Position numbers and translations under genes: made by a program
Shown: positions 1 through 14,108 of the stretch, piece by piece
How positions within the stretch are numbered: position 1 is the stretch's first letter
How the letters are laid out: each line of letters opens with the position of its first letter
Assembly: GCA_010909165.1 (NCBI GenBank)
Contig: MU008162.1
Coordinates: forward strand, 434,001-498,000
Origin: Anthoceros angustus
Taxonomy: Eukaryota > Plantae > Anthocerotophyta
Length of the DNA: 64,000 bases
Reading direction: 5' to 3'
Notes under the pieces: model-generated
Seen by the model: the letters and a program-made list of their open reading frames with translations, nothing else
What the model was told of the DNA's origin: nothing
Databases searched by the model: none

Positions 1-129
1 GTGTCACTTACTCAAGATGAGGGACATGATAGCGCCCATCATCTCTTGAACCACTCGCATCTAGCGATGGGTTGCTTGAAAAGGTCGCTCCACAATCCCT
101 TGGCATCCATGTTGACCACACACTAGCAA

Positions 130-906
130 TTGGTGGTGAGGCCGCAATTGTTGAGCATCCAACTCGATGCCGCAAGGCGCAAGTCGCGAATCATGGTGTT
201 GCTGATTGTGAGAAGGCCGCTATTGCAGTTGCCATCCTCTGGTCCCAAAGAGGAAGTCGGTGCACATGTCCATGTTGTGAAGGCTCCCATCCTGCAGCCA
301 TCGCTTGCCTCTACTGCTGATGTTGGAGAACCCATGCTAAACACTGAAGGATATAGTGGTGCTAGACAGAGAATGGACACGAGGGTACGTCGGCAACCTC
401 CAACACCTGGTGGGGCAAAGCGCAAATCTTCGGAGGGAGCCAGGAAGGTGCTAGCTGCAAAACAGCCTAGACAAGAGGAGGAAGATGAGGAAGAAGATGA
501 AGAGATTGAAGAGGACTACTCTGTCTTAAGGCCTGGGGACAACTTTGCGGTGCTGGCCGAAATGGAAGATGGGCAGAGTGAGTCGTTTTTCATCATCAAA
601 TGCAGCAAGACACCATGGGTGACAAAGACAGCTATCTGGGATAGGTGGTATGAAGGGCACAGGCCAGCAGGCGAAATGGTTGTCCAGGGGATCTACTATG
701 AGCGTGAAGGGGACCAGAAAGGAGTTTACAAACTCAGGAATGACAAGCCTCCTTTGCCAGTTGTTTTGCCTGTGAGTATGATTATCCATGCAAGATTTGA
801 ATTGAAGGTGCCACCCAAGCATAGAAATGCGCTGGAAGAAAGGGAGGTCATCGATGTTGGTTGGAGCCCAAACCGAGGAAACGACTTGAAGAAGCGAATT
901 ACATAG
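130..906 (+). pseudogene. Transposon-associated ORF fragment: acidic tract plus a beta-rich domain also found at the C-terminus of the neighbouring transposase
   Basis: EEEDEEEDEEIEE followed by LRPGDNFAVLAE...FFIIKC...WDRW...GEMVVQGIYY aligns by eye with LEVGDNFLVFAE...YYLIQC...CPW...GDTVVLGQYY at 4417-4887 (-). True start uncertain. Confidence 0.55.
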
Positions 907-2596
907 GTGAGAAGTTTCGACACGGCATGTGTGGGTTCAAATCATGCACCTCGTTAGTTGATTACCATGACATTTACTGGCTGCTGCTTCTTCTATTTGC
1001 AGAGCCGTTGAAGATGACAACTCCAGTGCTGAGTCTGGTGGCCAATCTTACACGGTGGATGACTGAGTGGCGTGCCCACACTCCCAGCATGATAAGCTGA
1101 ACGGGCTGAAGAGGAAGACTGCGGGATCGTAGGAGGTGGCAGGGTTTTGGTTTTGTGTTTGGAGTCAAGCGTTGTGACTCCCAAGTGTGTTCAGACTTCA
1201 TTTGTCTTGATTTCAGCAGTTGGTGTGTTGGTTTTGTGTTCTTTCCTAAATGGAGCATACTTTGCGTGGTGAGGCCGGGACTGCCAAAACCACAGATTGT
1301 TGTAGCCACATTTTGTCTCTACGAGACATCTTCTTGAAGAACCACCCATCTAGCAGGAATGATACTCTTTGTCATTGTTTGTAAGACTCACAAGGTTGAA
1401 ACTGTTGTCACGATGCACCCGGTTCCAACTGTTTGAAAGATCCACAAATCGCGTACATCGGATTGTTGCGACACACACGGTCAACAGGGGAATGCGGGTA
1501 CTGTGTCACACCACAAAAATGAGTGAACCTGCAAAGGGCTGCCAGGCCAAACCCGCCTTCCAACCATGCCAAACAGCGATGACGATAAAAAAACAACAGC
1601 AGTCATGTCAAGAAGATTGTCTAGTTGGAGGGATCGAGAGATCATGCAAATGCACAACATGTCTGCTCGGTTACACACCAGGAACAGCAAAACATCTGGG
1701 CGATGGGACCTTCCTCAATTACGTAAAGCTGGATGCTCAGGCCTCTTCCTACAACACACAAAGCCAAGTTTGAACAAAGCTCTCAACCCGCTCCGAACAT
1801 GATGAGGAGGCGGGCTCTATGATCGATAGAAGCAAGTCCAAGTCGGGCCTCTTTCTTCCGCTCGGATTGTTCTCATCGTTTCGCCACCGCCAACACCGGA
1901 CATAGTACTGTTTTGTTGCTCGCAATGATGCCCGATTTCGCCACATTGCGTGAAGAGAAGCCGGGAGGAGTTGCCTTCCGTGCCCTTTTGATTCCTCGCC
2001 CATCAAGGTTCTCTTCCCCAATCTTCCAAGCCGTGTTCTTGCCCTACCACGTGCTACGGCCCCGATGAGGCCACTCTTCCGCCACTCCCGATTATGCTCA
2101 TATCTCACCGGGGTGGATGATCACCGAGGCGATGCCGGGCATGGATGAACCATCCACCACTTCAATCGCACTTGTAAGTTCCCTGATAATGATCTCGCAT
2201 GCGGAGGACTCAGCGATGCCGTTGCCGACCGGTTGCCGGAAGGCATGACTGCTTCACTAAAAACTCAATAGGCGACGGTAGGATCCGCCGTTGCAGGGAG
2301 GGGGGGAGGGTTATCGAGGAGAGTGGTGTTTGGGTTTAGTGGTGGTTCATGCCAAGAATAATGGATGACCCAAACGTTCAAACTACACTTGGTTTGCTGC
2401 CCAACCCGAACTCGGGCCATTTCATCGTAGTGCGCGATTTAATGCCCCAAGAAGTGGTATCAACCACGCACATGTACATGTCGGCAGTAGCGGACTTGGA
2501 GTGGTGAATAGTAGACGGGGTTTTAATAGACTATCAAGGGTTTCGTTGGGTCATTACAACAACCGTGGACCGGTATCGCGTAGCAGGCAGGTGAGG

Positions 2597-2944
2597 ATGA
2601 CGACGGATGCTACCAGGACGGGTCTGCTCGAGACATCCAGTGAAGACTATCCGGCTCACCGGGCGTTCTTGACCGAGATCCAACCGCTTGTGCGCCTGCT
2701 TCATCTTCCCATGTCCCAGACACTGGCTTCGATGACCTCTGAGTCCTGGGAGGCATGGGCTGGGACATTGACTAGCAAGAGGTTGGTGACTCACATGTTG
2801 AAGGTCCTATTGGCGGTGACCAACCGGTTTGAGAGACTGAAGACAAGGGCGAGAAGGGACTTGCCCTGTGGGGAAGAATGGTTTTTGACACAGGTGCTTT
2901 CCCTGAAGACGGCTGCCAATCTCTTGGCTGCGAGAGTGAAGTGA
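2597..2944 (+). CDS. Hypothetical 115-aa helical protein, probably TE cargo
   Basis: Uninterrupted ORF from ATG 2597 (MTTDATRTG...LLAARVK) with amphipathic Leu-rich composition. No recognised motif. Confidence 0.3.
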   Translation: MTTDATRTGLLETSSEDYPAHRAFLTEIQPLVRLLHLPMSQTLASMTSESWEAWAGTLTSKRLVTHMLKVLLAVTNRFERLKTRARRDLPCGEEWFLTQVLSLKTAANLLAARVK

Positions 2945-3497
2945 TTAGGCATGGAGTTCTTGTAGATTTTGTGTTTTTAAGGTGGAGTTCGCTGCAAGGT
3001 GATCGGAACTCGGGGTTGGATCACCAAACCCGAGATGGACGAGTCAAAGGAAGCTGAAGCTAGAGTATTTTCAGCGATGTTTTGCTATTTGGGTTTACAG
3101 TTAGGTTGCAAACAGCGTGCTTGTAGCAGGTGTGTGCGTTGGAGAGGTATGCCTTGCCCGACATACTGGCCACTAGGGTGGCGTGGCATAGAAAGGCTTT
3201 CCGTGCTTTCAAATGGTGCATAGCACATAACAGTGAAACCAACCAATCCATACATGTCTGTGGCCGAACTAGGAACCTAAATGTATTGTGCACTGTACCC
3301 TTGGTGTCCCAATTGCCAGTTTAGAAACTGCACACACCAAAACACAAGGTGAATGGGGAAGTAATCTGTCCTCAGTGCGTGACTTTTCAATCTGACAAGC
3401 AACATGCACAAGCACGTCAGATTAGGCACAAACAACAGTTCCTACCTCTGGCTCACCCAAAAGTCATAGGATTTTTTCCCATTTCATTCCTTCTCTG

Positions 3498-5520
3498 CAT
3501 CAAAATGTCTATTATGGTCTCTCACCAAATCATGAAACGTCTGGACAAGGTCAAGTGGCACAGTGTACACCACTGTATCACCCCTTTGCGTGACAGTGAA
3601 GTCAAACTTGCATGTCACCACTGTCGAGAGAGGATGCATTCGGCATGCCCCAGTCCAGTGTCCGCCTCGCCTCCTTGTCGTATCGACCCAGCACCACTAT
3701 GTCTCCTGGAACAAACCTCCGCTCCAAGCGGACAGCCAGTAGGAAGGCGGTGGGGTCCTTGGACGCATTGACGAGGTAGTACGTGGCACCCTCATCGCAA
3801 CCTCTGCAAACACAAGGAAGTTATCACCCACTTCCAAAGCATGTCCGCAATGTTGGTGACATCTTGGGACTCGTCTTCACAGCTGCCCTTGATCAGCGTG
3901 CAAAGCTTCCACACTCGAAATTGTTGCTGCAGGAGTTGTCGCCTTGTCGCACACCTAATTGCACCTCCGAATGTGGACGTATGCGATGTCTTCCACAAAC
4001 CGCATGTGCAGATTCACATCCGCATGATTGCCGCCTATGCATGCAAGACAAAAGCATGCCAGTTGCGCATTCTCGGTTTGTTGGGTTAGCAGGATCGTAG
4101 CCATAAATGCTATGACAACTCTTGGAGCCTGGAATGGCATCACATGCCCATTTTGCCCGGCGATTGACATCATTGGGCCCAACAAGCCAGAACGTACGAT
4201 GTACTCCATGCACCGCGCTGGGATATGAAGCTACTGCTCCTCCAGATATTGTGGAGCGAAGGAATGCAACAACATCTGCAGCATTCTGCATTCGCGGTGC
4301 TCCAGGCTGAGACTCTTGAGCACGAAGAGCGCGCTTCAAAATGGCTCCAGCTCCATCGTGTTCCCCCTTCCCATGGCCACTACCAAAATAAGACCATAAC
4401 ATGTTGCATCCCCCTGTTATGCTTGGATACCTCGCCACATAGTACGATGGTCATTGAACTGGCCGCACCATCCGACCATACCAGTGTTCCCGAGGCCTTG
4501 AAACCAGATTCTCGCATCAAAATGTCTATTATGGTCTCTCACCAAATCATGAAACGTCTGGACAAGGTCAAGTGGCACAGTGTACACCACTGTATCACCC
4601 CTTTGCGTGACAGTGAAGTCAAACTTGCATGTCACCACTTGTTCAGGAGAGAGGATGCATTCGGCATGCCCCAGGTCCAGTGTGTACTGGTAACCGCCTC
4701 CCAGTTCCTTGTCGTAATACTGACCCAGCACCACTGTGTCTCCTGGAACAAACCTCTGTCTGCTCCAAGGACATTGTCGCGCTGTAGGAAGGCGGTGGGG
4801 TCCTTGCACGCATTGGATGAGGTAGTACGTGGCACCCTCATCTGCAACCTCTGCAAACACAAGGAAGTTATCACCCACTTCCAGCATACCGCAATGTTGG
4901 TGACATCTTGGGACTCGTCTTCACGCTTCTCCCCGCGTGCAAAGCTTCCACACTCGAAATTGTTGCAGAGTTGTCGCCTTGTCTCGCACACCTAATTGCA
5001 CCTCCGAATGTGGACGTATGCGATGTCTTCCCACAAACCGGCATGTGGTATGATTCACATCCGCATGATTGCCTATGCATGCGACAAAAGCATGCCAGTT
5101 GCGCATTCTCGCTTTTGTTGGGTTAGCGATCGTAGCCATAAATGCTATGACAACTCTTGGAGCCTGGAATGGCATCACATGCCCATTTTGCCCGGCGATT
5201 GACATCATTGGGCCCAACAAGCGAGCGTCGATGTACTGCACTACCGGGATATGAAGCTGCTGCTCCTCCAGATATTGTGGAGCGAAGGAATGCAACAACA
5301 TCTGCAGCATTCTGCATTCACGGTGCTCCAGGCTGAGACTCTTGAGCAAGAGCGCTCAAAATGGCTCCAGCTCGTGTTCCCCTTCCCATGGCCACTACCA
5401 AAATAAGACCATAACATGTTGCATCCTGTTATGCTTGGATACCTCGCCACATAGTACGATGGTGCATGCCTTGAATCGCACCATCCGACCATACCCAAGG
5501 TTCCCGAGGCCTTGAAACCC
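3498..5520. repeat. Tandem duplication (~1018 bp period) of the transposase 3' end
   Basis: CATCAAAATGTCTATTATGGTCTCTCACC at 3498 and 4516. Downstream sequence is collinear with scattered small indels. Confidence 0.9.
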
Positions 5521-6449
5521 GATCGCATCCACCGCCAATGGAGACCCAAGCAATCGCACAAAAGGGTATCGTGTAGCATGTCATCACTAACAAAAAGTGA
5601 TAATACTTGTGGACACCAAGACTGGTTCAGATCTACCTCCGTGTCCGGTGAAAACAAGGACCAAAATTGTAACTTGGTCGTTATACCAGTGCATGGACTG
5701 GATTTCGTTCTGCACACCAAAGGCATAGTTCTGTGAGAAGTCCAGAACGCTGACCACAACATCTTTGGGAAACAATTCCACACTGCGTCGAAATTCCAGG
5801 CCCTGCCACCTTTGCCAGAAGTCGTGCAAAATAAAAGCCTGCAGCTTGTCTTTCATGTACAGAACCATGTCCGCGGGGTGTGTCTCCATGAAGACCAACT
5901 TAATACGCTTCTTGTCACCACCCTCCACTGTCTTCCCGACAACTTGGTACTGGAAGCACCTCCAATTGATGGTAACATTTGGTAGGACGTCAATGCTGGT
6001 TTCCCTGGGACAAAACAATACCTTCTGCACTCCAGCTCACATTTGCCTGAAAGGCATTCCAAGTTGTGCCATTCTGAATCCGCCTCTTTCTCACAAAGGG
6101 CTGCCAGTCCTAATGCTCTCACTGATGAATAGGTCGATAATGGGGCACAACACCCAGAGGTTGAGGCACTGCAGGGCGGCAAATGCCGCAGTCACATGGG
6201 CAACCTCCACGAGAGTGTATTCTGGAAATGGTATGTCGTAAACTGTTCAGCGCATCCTTTAGAAAAGCCATTTCCACGTGATACCCATGAGCGCATATTC
6301 CTCTCCCCGCAAGCTTTTCACATAATATGGCTTCAACTTCTCGAATGCACGTTGTCCAACTGGATGGATGTCTGTTCGAATCAAGAAAAATTGAGCCATC
6401 CACCCATGTAGACCCAAAACTTAATGAGGCAATCGATGGCCAGCCGCTC

Positions 6450-7130
6450 AAAATTCCACTATGAGGGCCATCACCACACACTAGGAGGCCCCCGCCAAGA
6501 AAGCACACCACCCTCCACTATGAGGCACATCACCGTCCACTTAGAGGCAGACCACCTTCCAGTTAGAGGCACTCCATGCACCAACCACTTGTAAGAGGCA
6601 GACCAGCTTCCACTAAGAGGCAGACCATAATCCTATATGAGGGAGGCCACCATCCACTTAGAGGCAGACCAGAATCCTCTATTCATGAGGAAGGCCACCA
6701 TGCACTTAGAGCCACTATGAGGTACACCACCATCCACTGTGAGGCTAACCACCATGCACTAAGACCCACATCTCCCTCCATTATGACTGCCACAGCACCC
6801 ACTCTGTGGCAAACCACAATCCACCAAGACCCACACCACAAACCACTTGAAGGCGGACCAGCATCCACTCGGAGTCACAGTAAGAGGCACACCACCATAC
6901 ACATGGAGTCAGACCACCATACACATGGAGTCAGACCACCATCCACTTAAGGTTAACCCCCAACCTCATGTAAGGCACACCATCATCCAGTTCAAGGCTG
7001 CCCACCAATCACAGATAACCACACCACTGTCCACTGTCCACGGGAAACACACTAGTATGGTACCAACAGATAGATGCACGTCGATCCACAATCTGCTGCA
7101 CCACTTGTAAGTTAGGCAAACCACCATTTG
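6450..7130. repeat. Degenerate ~22-bp C/A-rich minisatellite inside the putative transposase intron
   Basis: Recurring CACCATCCACTnAGAGGCAGAC-like units, lying between coding blocks that end at ~7476 (AAG|GT on minus) and resume at ~6400. Confidence 0.75.
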
Positions 7131-7669
7131 CAATCGGGATCAGCAGTACCCATACTCAGGTTTTCCACAAAGAATTGACCAAACAAAAAACGGGGGCACA
7201 CACTTGGGATGTAGATTTTCCTAGGCTAGTGCTGCGCTACCTTCCACCAGTACTCAATGGGAAGCAATGTTGCATGCGGGAAAGCCTATGAAAATGACTT
7301 TACAAGAATCGTCCAACAATGGAAGTGTTGAACATGTATACAGAGTGCAACAAACAATGTGGACGCAATTTATGGAAAGCACTTGCACGTTGCAAACCAC
7401 AGCTCCAGGTTCTCGCGAACATGAAAAGCGAAGTAGACCCCAACAACGACGCAAGCAGACTATTGGTTGTGTCACCTTCGACATGTCCAGGAAATGGACA
7501 ATGTGTTTCTCAAACGTCTTTGACGGCCGGCTCGCGAGCTCCCAAAATTGCTTCACGGCATCCTGCACTTGTGCGGACAACACATCTGAACGACGGCAGC
7601 GTCCCGCCCCCAAAAATAGAGGCGACACAGAATCCGGCACTCGAGAATCACTGTCAGTCAAAGCTGAAT

Positions 7670-10600
7670 GGATCACACGCCTATCCACACCAATGGCACG
7701 ACCAAGGAGAGATTGCAAACCGAGGTCCTGCACTTCCCTGGACAAAATTATGTTGAAGAACGTTTTCCTTGCCCGCAAGTGGTCTGTGTGCTGCACATTC
7801 TTCAACCGAGAATGTGCGCCTTCATGTTCTTCAACAACAACAACATCGCCTTCATCTCTTTGGGCTCCGGAATGGAAGGCGGCTTGCATGCCTTCGATGG
7901 GCAAGGTCATATCGTTCCATAATATCTCGCTCTCGATGTATTTTTGTGTCCGCTCCAAGAAGACGAGCCCAATCTCGAGCAAGTTGACTTGCCCGGCTTT
8001 TCCCACACGCTTGATTTGCCGGCAAGGGCTTCATCTCGCCCGGCGGCTCGCCAAGCACGAACGCTGCTGCTGATGAAGTGCGAGATGGCCCACTACCACT
8101 TGGCGTGCGGAGGAGTAGCGATGGCGAGCATGTCCACGTGGGGTTCAGAAAGGAATCCCAAGCGGACCTCCCCACCGGTGTACCCAGTCGAACCTCCGAC
8201 ACGGAGGAACCTCCGCCTCCATGTCTTGAAGGGGAACCGATCCAAGCCCCTGTGTATTTGCGGACCGTCCCCACGAGCCCGGCACTTCTTCTAGTAGGTG
8301 GTGTGTGGACGGATCACGCCTATCCACACCAATGGCACGACCAAGGAGAGATTGCAAACCGAGGTCCCGCACTGGACAAAATTATGTTGAAGAACGCTTT
8401 TCCTTGCCCGCAAGTGGTGCATGTGCACATTCTTCAACCGAGAATGCATGTTCTTCAACAACAACAACATCGCCTTCATCTCTTTGGGCTGGAATGGAAG
8501 GCGGCTTGCATGCCTTCAAGATGGGCAAGGTCAACATCGTTCCATAATATCTCGCTCTATGTCGATGTGTATTTTTGTGTCCGCTCCAAGAAGACGAGCC
8601 CAATCTCGAGCAAGTTGACTTGCCCGGCTTTTCCCACACGCTTGATTTGCCGGCAAGGGCTTCATCTACAGCTCGGCGGGCTCGCCAAGCACGAACGCGT
8701 TCTGTTGATGAAGTGCGAGATGGCCCACTACCACTTGCCGTGCACGGAGGAGTAGCAGTAGCAGGCATGTCCACGTGGGGTTCACAGAAAGGAATCCCAA
8801 GCGGACCTCCCCCACTGGTGTACCCAGAGTTTGAACCACGGTCCTCTGATACGGAGGAACCTCCGCCTCCATGTCTTGAAGGCGAACCAGCATCCAAGCC
8901 CCCAGGTATTTGCAGACCGTCCCCACGGAGCCTGGCACTTCTTCTAGTAGGTGGTGTGTGGACGGATCACGCCTATCCACACCAATGGCACGACCAAGGA
9001 GAGATTGCAAACCGAGGTCCCTGCGACAAAATTATGTTGAAGAACGCTTTTCCTTGCCCGCAAGTGGTGCATGTGCACATTCTTCAACCGAGAATGCATG
9101 TTCTTCAACAACAACAACATCGCCTTCATCTCTTTGGGCTGGAATGGAAGGCGGCTTGCATGCCTTCAAGATGGGCAAGGTCAACATCGTTCCATAATAT
9201 CTCGCTCTATGTCGATGTGTATTTTTGTGTCCGCTCCAAGAAGACGAGCCCAATCTCGAGCAAGTTGACTTGCCCGGCTTTTCCCACACGCTTGATTTGC
9301 GGCAAGGGCTTCATCTGCCTCGGCGGGCTCGCCAAGCACGCAACGCTGCCTGATGAAGTGCGAGATGGCCCACTACCACTTGGCGTGCACGGAGGAGTAG
9401 CAGCGTGCATGTCCACGTGGGGTTCACGAAAGGAATCCCAAGCGGACCTCCCCACCGGTGTACCCAGTCCGAACCACGGTCCTCGACACGGAGGAACCTC
9501 CGCCTCCATGTCTTGAAGGGGAACCGATCCAAGCCCCTGTGTATTTGACCGTCCCCACGGAGCCTGGCACTTCTTCTAGTAGGTGGTGTGTGGACGGGAT
9601 CACCCCCAAGCGGACACCACCCTTGCCTGGCAATCCTCCTTGCTAGCAACTGCTCAGCCCTGCCTTGTATCCTAGCCTCAGATGCAATCTTCGCCGCGGT
9701 CTTCCTCTGCCTCAACGCCCGACGGTATGCCGCCTTCTCCTGGAGACGTTGTGCACGGGGGCTGTTGGCTGAGGGCGCCATGGGCTGTGAGTTCCGGCCA
9801 AGGGTTACTATGGAAAACCATGCCCTACACTCACTAAGCTATTCAGTGGCTGTAGGTCCATAAACCCTAAAAACTTTGAAAGTCTGTCTCACCCTGCCTT
9901 TCTTCTTGGCACTAATTATCTCGCTGCACGTCATTCTTTCATGCAAGACACTCACAAGGAACAACACAGTCACATGGTGGTCATCATCTGGCTGGCAATG
10001 GAAAAGGCGAAGGAGGTGCCGACCACCAACGTAGAGGGTGTAGCCAAGGAGGAAGGGCGGGTTAGGTTCATGATCCGAGCCCTTCACGCGAGTCCCAGTG
10101 GACTCTGAGCCACCACCGCTGACGAAAATGACGGCATGGAGGCGGACCATGGTGCAAAACAACGACGGGACGATCACACCGGAAGGTCAAGGGCTGCATA
10201 CAAACTGAAAATGTTACGGAAGTTTTGAAGACACGAATGCAAAGATGGAGGAGAGGTGTTGTGGCGGCCCTACCAATAGTGGGAAGAGACTTTTGTGATC
10301 CGTAAGACCACTATCGATCGGTGCCCGAGGTTGTTAACAGTGTAGGCTTTGTTGTGCACGATGTGCGGCCTTCATGTTCTTCAACAACAACAACATCGCT
10401 TCATCTCTTTGGGCTGGAATGGCGGCTTGCATGCCTTCATGGGCAAGGTCAACATCGTTCCATAATATCGCTCTACAAGCGATGTGTATTTTTGTGTCCG
10501 CTCCAAGAAGGAGCCCAATCTCGAGCAAGTTGACTTGCCCGGCTTTTCCACACGTTGATTTGCGGCAAGGGCTTCATCTGCGGCTCGGCGGGCTCGCCAA

Positions 10601-11590
10601 GCACCGACGCTGTGATGAAGTGCGAGATGGCCCACTACCACTTGGCGTGCGGAGGAGTAGCGATGGCGAGCATGTCCACGTGGGGTTCAGAAAGGAATCC
10701 CAAGCGGACCTCCCCCAGTACCGGTGAACCACGGTCCTCGATACGGAGGAACCTCCGCCTCCATGTCTTGAAGGGGAACCAAGATCCAAGCCCCTGTGTT
10801 GCAGGCCGTCCCACGAGCTGGCACTTCTTAGGTGGTGTGTGGGCGGATCACCCCAAGCGGACCGCCCTTGCAGCAATCCTCCTTGCTAGCAACCGCCGCC
10901 ACAGTATCCTAGCCTCGGATGCAATCTTCGCGGTCTTCCTCGCCTCAGCCTGCCGCCTTCTCCACAGGCGTTGTGCACGAGGTTGGTGAGCGCCATGTGA
11001 GTTCGGCCAAGGGTTACTATGGAAAACCATGCCCTACACTCACTAAGCTATTCGTCAGTGGGTCCATGAACCCTAAAAACTTTGAAAGTCTGTCTCACCC
11101 TGCCTTTCTTCTTGACACTAATTATCTCGCTGCACGTCATTCTTTCATGCAAGACACTCACAAGGAACAAACAGTCACATGGTGGTCATCATCTGGCTGG
11201 CAATGGAAAAGGCGAAGGAGGTGCCGACCACCAACGTAGAGGGTGTAGCCAAGGAGGAAGGGCGGGTTAGGGTTCATGATCCAGACTGGCCCTTCACGCC
11301 AGAGTCCCAGTGGACTCCAGAGCCACCACCAGTTGACGCAATGACGGCATGGAGGCAGACCATGGTGCAAAACAAACGACTGTGGGACTTCGATCACACC
11401 GGAAGGTTAAGGAAGGCTGCATACAAACTGAAAATGTTACGGAAGTTTTGAAGACACGAATGCAAAGATGGAGGAGGTGTTGTGGTGGCGCTCCTACCAA
11501 TAGTGGGAAGAGACTTTTGTGATCCGTAAGACCACTATCAGTCTGGTGCCCAGAGGTTGTTAACAGGTGTAGGCTTTGTTGTGCACGATG
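7670..11590. repeat. Nested tandem duplications of the transposase 5' region (3 x ~650 bp, then ~1.25 kb)
   Basis: GGATCAC(AC)GCCTATCCACACCAATGGCACGACC at ~7670, 8311 and 8964. Segment ~9100-10360 recurs at ~10365-11590. Confidence 0.9.
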
Positions 11591-11654
11591 TGCCAGTTTT
11601 GGCTATGTTTGTTTGATGCACAGGCGTAGTTGTAGTCTGTACACTGTCTTGTGC

Positions 11655-13790
11655 AAGATGTGCAAATTTTGGCTGGGTCTTTGTGCTGGAGGAACATGAC
11701 GGAAATCGAAAGCGGGTTGTGTGTCAAGCAGACCCCAACCATGTGACTTGTCAACTCCAAACCCATAAAACAAAGGGACTTCCATGTCTTCAGCACCTCA
11801 TAGCCCTTCAACCAACACAAGCTGGCAGGGGAAGAATGAGCCTGTTCCAGAATTCTAACCAATTTTAATCATTGCAATTGCGTCGGCATAAAGGCAGCCA
11901 TTGTAACCAAGCTACCGAACTACATAGACTCACCATATTACTGGCAGCTTCACCTTTTTCCTCCAATAGTGCCATCTGGAGACCTTGCCACAAACTTCAG
12001 GACACATAGTTCTATGCACCAAGTGTTGAATACCGAAAATGGCGATGATAATGGTCATTTCCTTGATCTGCTGGAAATAGATGGCTTGCAGGAAAGGGCA
12101 TCATCGGTTTACAATCTATGACAATGGCATGCAACAAAAGCCAACAAAAGCCTCATTGTCGAGTGGAATCGCCTTCCCATCGACATCTTTGCGCAACGCC
12201 GACCACTCCACCTTCACTTGCACATGGAAAACCTCGCAAATTGTGGGGATCAACAAACACAGGAATTGAATGATATTCATTCAAACTCGGAACCTTCAAA
12301 CCAAAAATGAATCCAGCCGATCTGAATAGGTGTCCAAGTCATCTTTCTTTCCATGGTCAAAACCGTGGAACCTAAAGCCAAGCACCTAGGAGGTGCGGAC
12401 GCCTTTCGTGAACTAGGCCAACTCGAAAGCTAAGTGCACACCGCCCCGATGCTTGCTTTCAATATTGGGAGCAAGCTGTTGGTGCCCAACGCTTCCAAGC
12501 TGCAGTGACGGTGAACAGAAGGTACAACCTTGCATGTTGAAGTCCTGTGCCCACCGAGGGCGTGCACATGGGATGAAGAAGCCGCAGGTGCATGCATAGA
12601 GAAACCTAAGGTGGGTGTGTGGCGGAGCCAACAAATCCAGGTACTGGTCAGAATGCTAATAGGGCTAGACTGTGGCAAACACAAGCCTTCAGAAGGCAAG
12701 CAAACATCACATCACATGAACCATGTGCAAATTTTGGTGGTCTTTGTCTTTGGAGGAACATGACGGAAATCAGCGGGTTGTGTGTCAAGCAGACCCCAAC
12801 CATGTGACTTGTCAACTCCAAACCCATAAAACAAAGGGACTTCCATGTCTCTCAGCACCTCATAGCCCTTCAACCAACACAAGCTGGCAGGGGAAGAATG
12901 AGCCTGTTCCGGAATTCTAACCAATTTTAATCATTGCAATTGCGTCGGCATAAAGGCAGCCATTGTAACCAAGCTACCGAACTACATAGACTCACCATAT
13001 TACTGGCAGCTTCACCTTTTTCCTCTAGTAGTGCCATCTGGAGACCTTGCCACAAACTTCAGGACACATAGTTCTATGCACCGTGTGTTGAATACCAAAA
13101 ATGGCGACGATAATGGTCATTTCCTTGATTTGCTGGAAATAGATGGCTTGCAGGAAAGGGCATCATCGGTTTACAATCTATGACAATGGCATGCAGTCAA
13201 AGCCAACAAAAAGCCTCATTGTCGAGTCGAATCTGCCCTTCCTACTGACATCTTTGCGCGCAACGTCGACCACTCCACCTTCACTTGCACATGGAAAAAC
13301 CTCGCAAATTGTGGGGATCAACAAACCTGGGAATTGAATGATATTCATTCAAACCCGGAACCTTCAAACCAAAAATGAATCCAGCGATCTGAATAGGTGT
13401 CCGAAGTCATCTTTCTTTCCATGGTCAAAACCGTGGAACCTAAAGCCAAGCACCTAGGAGGGTGTGGACTCAGCTTTTCATGAACTAGGCCAACTCCTGG
13501 AAAGCTAAGTGCACACCGTCTCAGATTCGTTGCTTTCAATATTGGGAGCAAGCTGTTGGTGCCCAACGCTTCCAAGCTGCAGTGACGGTGAATAGAAGGT
13601 ACAACCTTGCATGTTGAAGTCCTGTGCCCGTCGGGGGCGTGCACATGGGATGAAGACGCCGCAGGTGCATGCATAGAGAAACCTAAGGTGGCTGTGTGGC
13701 GGCGCCAACAAATCCAGGTACTGGTCAGAATGCTAATAGGGCTAGATTGTGGCAAACACAGCCTTGAGAGGCAAGCAAACATCACATCAC
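11655..13790. repeat. Tandem duplication (~1065 bp) of a degenerate minus-strand coding region with a Cys/His-rich end
   Basis: ATGTGCAAATTTTGG...GGAGGAACATGACGGAAATC at ~11659 and ~12723. Minus translation includes KICTSCTRQCTDYNYACAS..HIVHNKAYTC and a GTGAGT donor. Confidence 0.8.
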
Positions 13791-13972
13791 GCTCGAAACC
13801 AGTGTGCTTGCCTCCTGAAGGCTCAGTGGTTACATTGAAATAACTAGTTCTTCTGAAGACCAAGGAAGGTCACACTGCTGTGCACACTACACAAGAAGAA
13901 TAAGACATAAAAGCTCCACTTCAAGGTGTGACAACTGCTAATACCACCGTATAGGCAAGATCCACAGGACAG

Positions 13973-14108
13973 CCACACCCACACCGGCACCCGCACCCGC
14001 ACCCACACCCACACCCGTACCCGTGGCCGCACCCGCGCCCGCACTTGCACTTGCACTCGCACACGCGACGTGAACTATACCCGCACCTGCAACCGCAACC
14101 GCACCTGC
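13973..14108. repeat. Hexamer microsatellite-like tract (CACCCG/CACTTG variants)
   Basis: CCACACCCACACCGGCACCCGCACCCGCACCCACACCC...GCACTTGCACTTGCACTCGCAC. Confidence 0.8.

Larger units (their letters stand above)
3498..9781 (-). mobile_element. Degenerate Sola2-like DDD DNA transposase gene (multi-exon, frameshifted, partly tandem-duplicated)
   Basis: Minus-strand pieces in order: MAPSANSPRAQRLQEKAA (9781); RRSDVLSAQVQDAVKQFWELASRPS; KHIVHFLD; GQRAFEKLKPYYV..YHVEM..CPCDCGIC; CLSGKCELEC; LDFSQNY..QNEIQSMHW..QVTI; SDDMLHD; WSDG..GQF (frameshifted, ~4460-4478); WSYFGSGHGKGEHDGAGAILKR. These match the three-Asp catalytic motifs I recall for Sola2 transposases. Superfamily label not search-verified. 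Confidence 0.75.

Noticed and set aside
7267-9516. Long plus-strand ORFs (268, 225 and 313 aa)
   Set aside because: Antisense to the transposase exons and stitched across duplication junctions.
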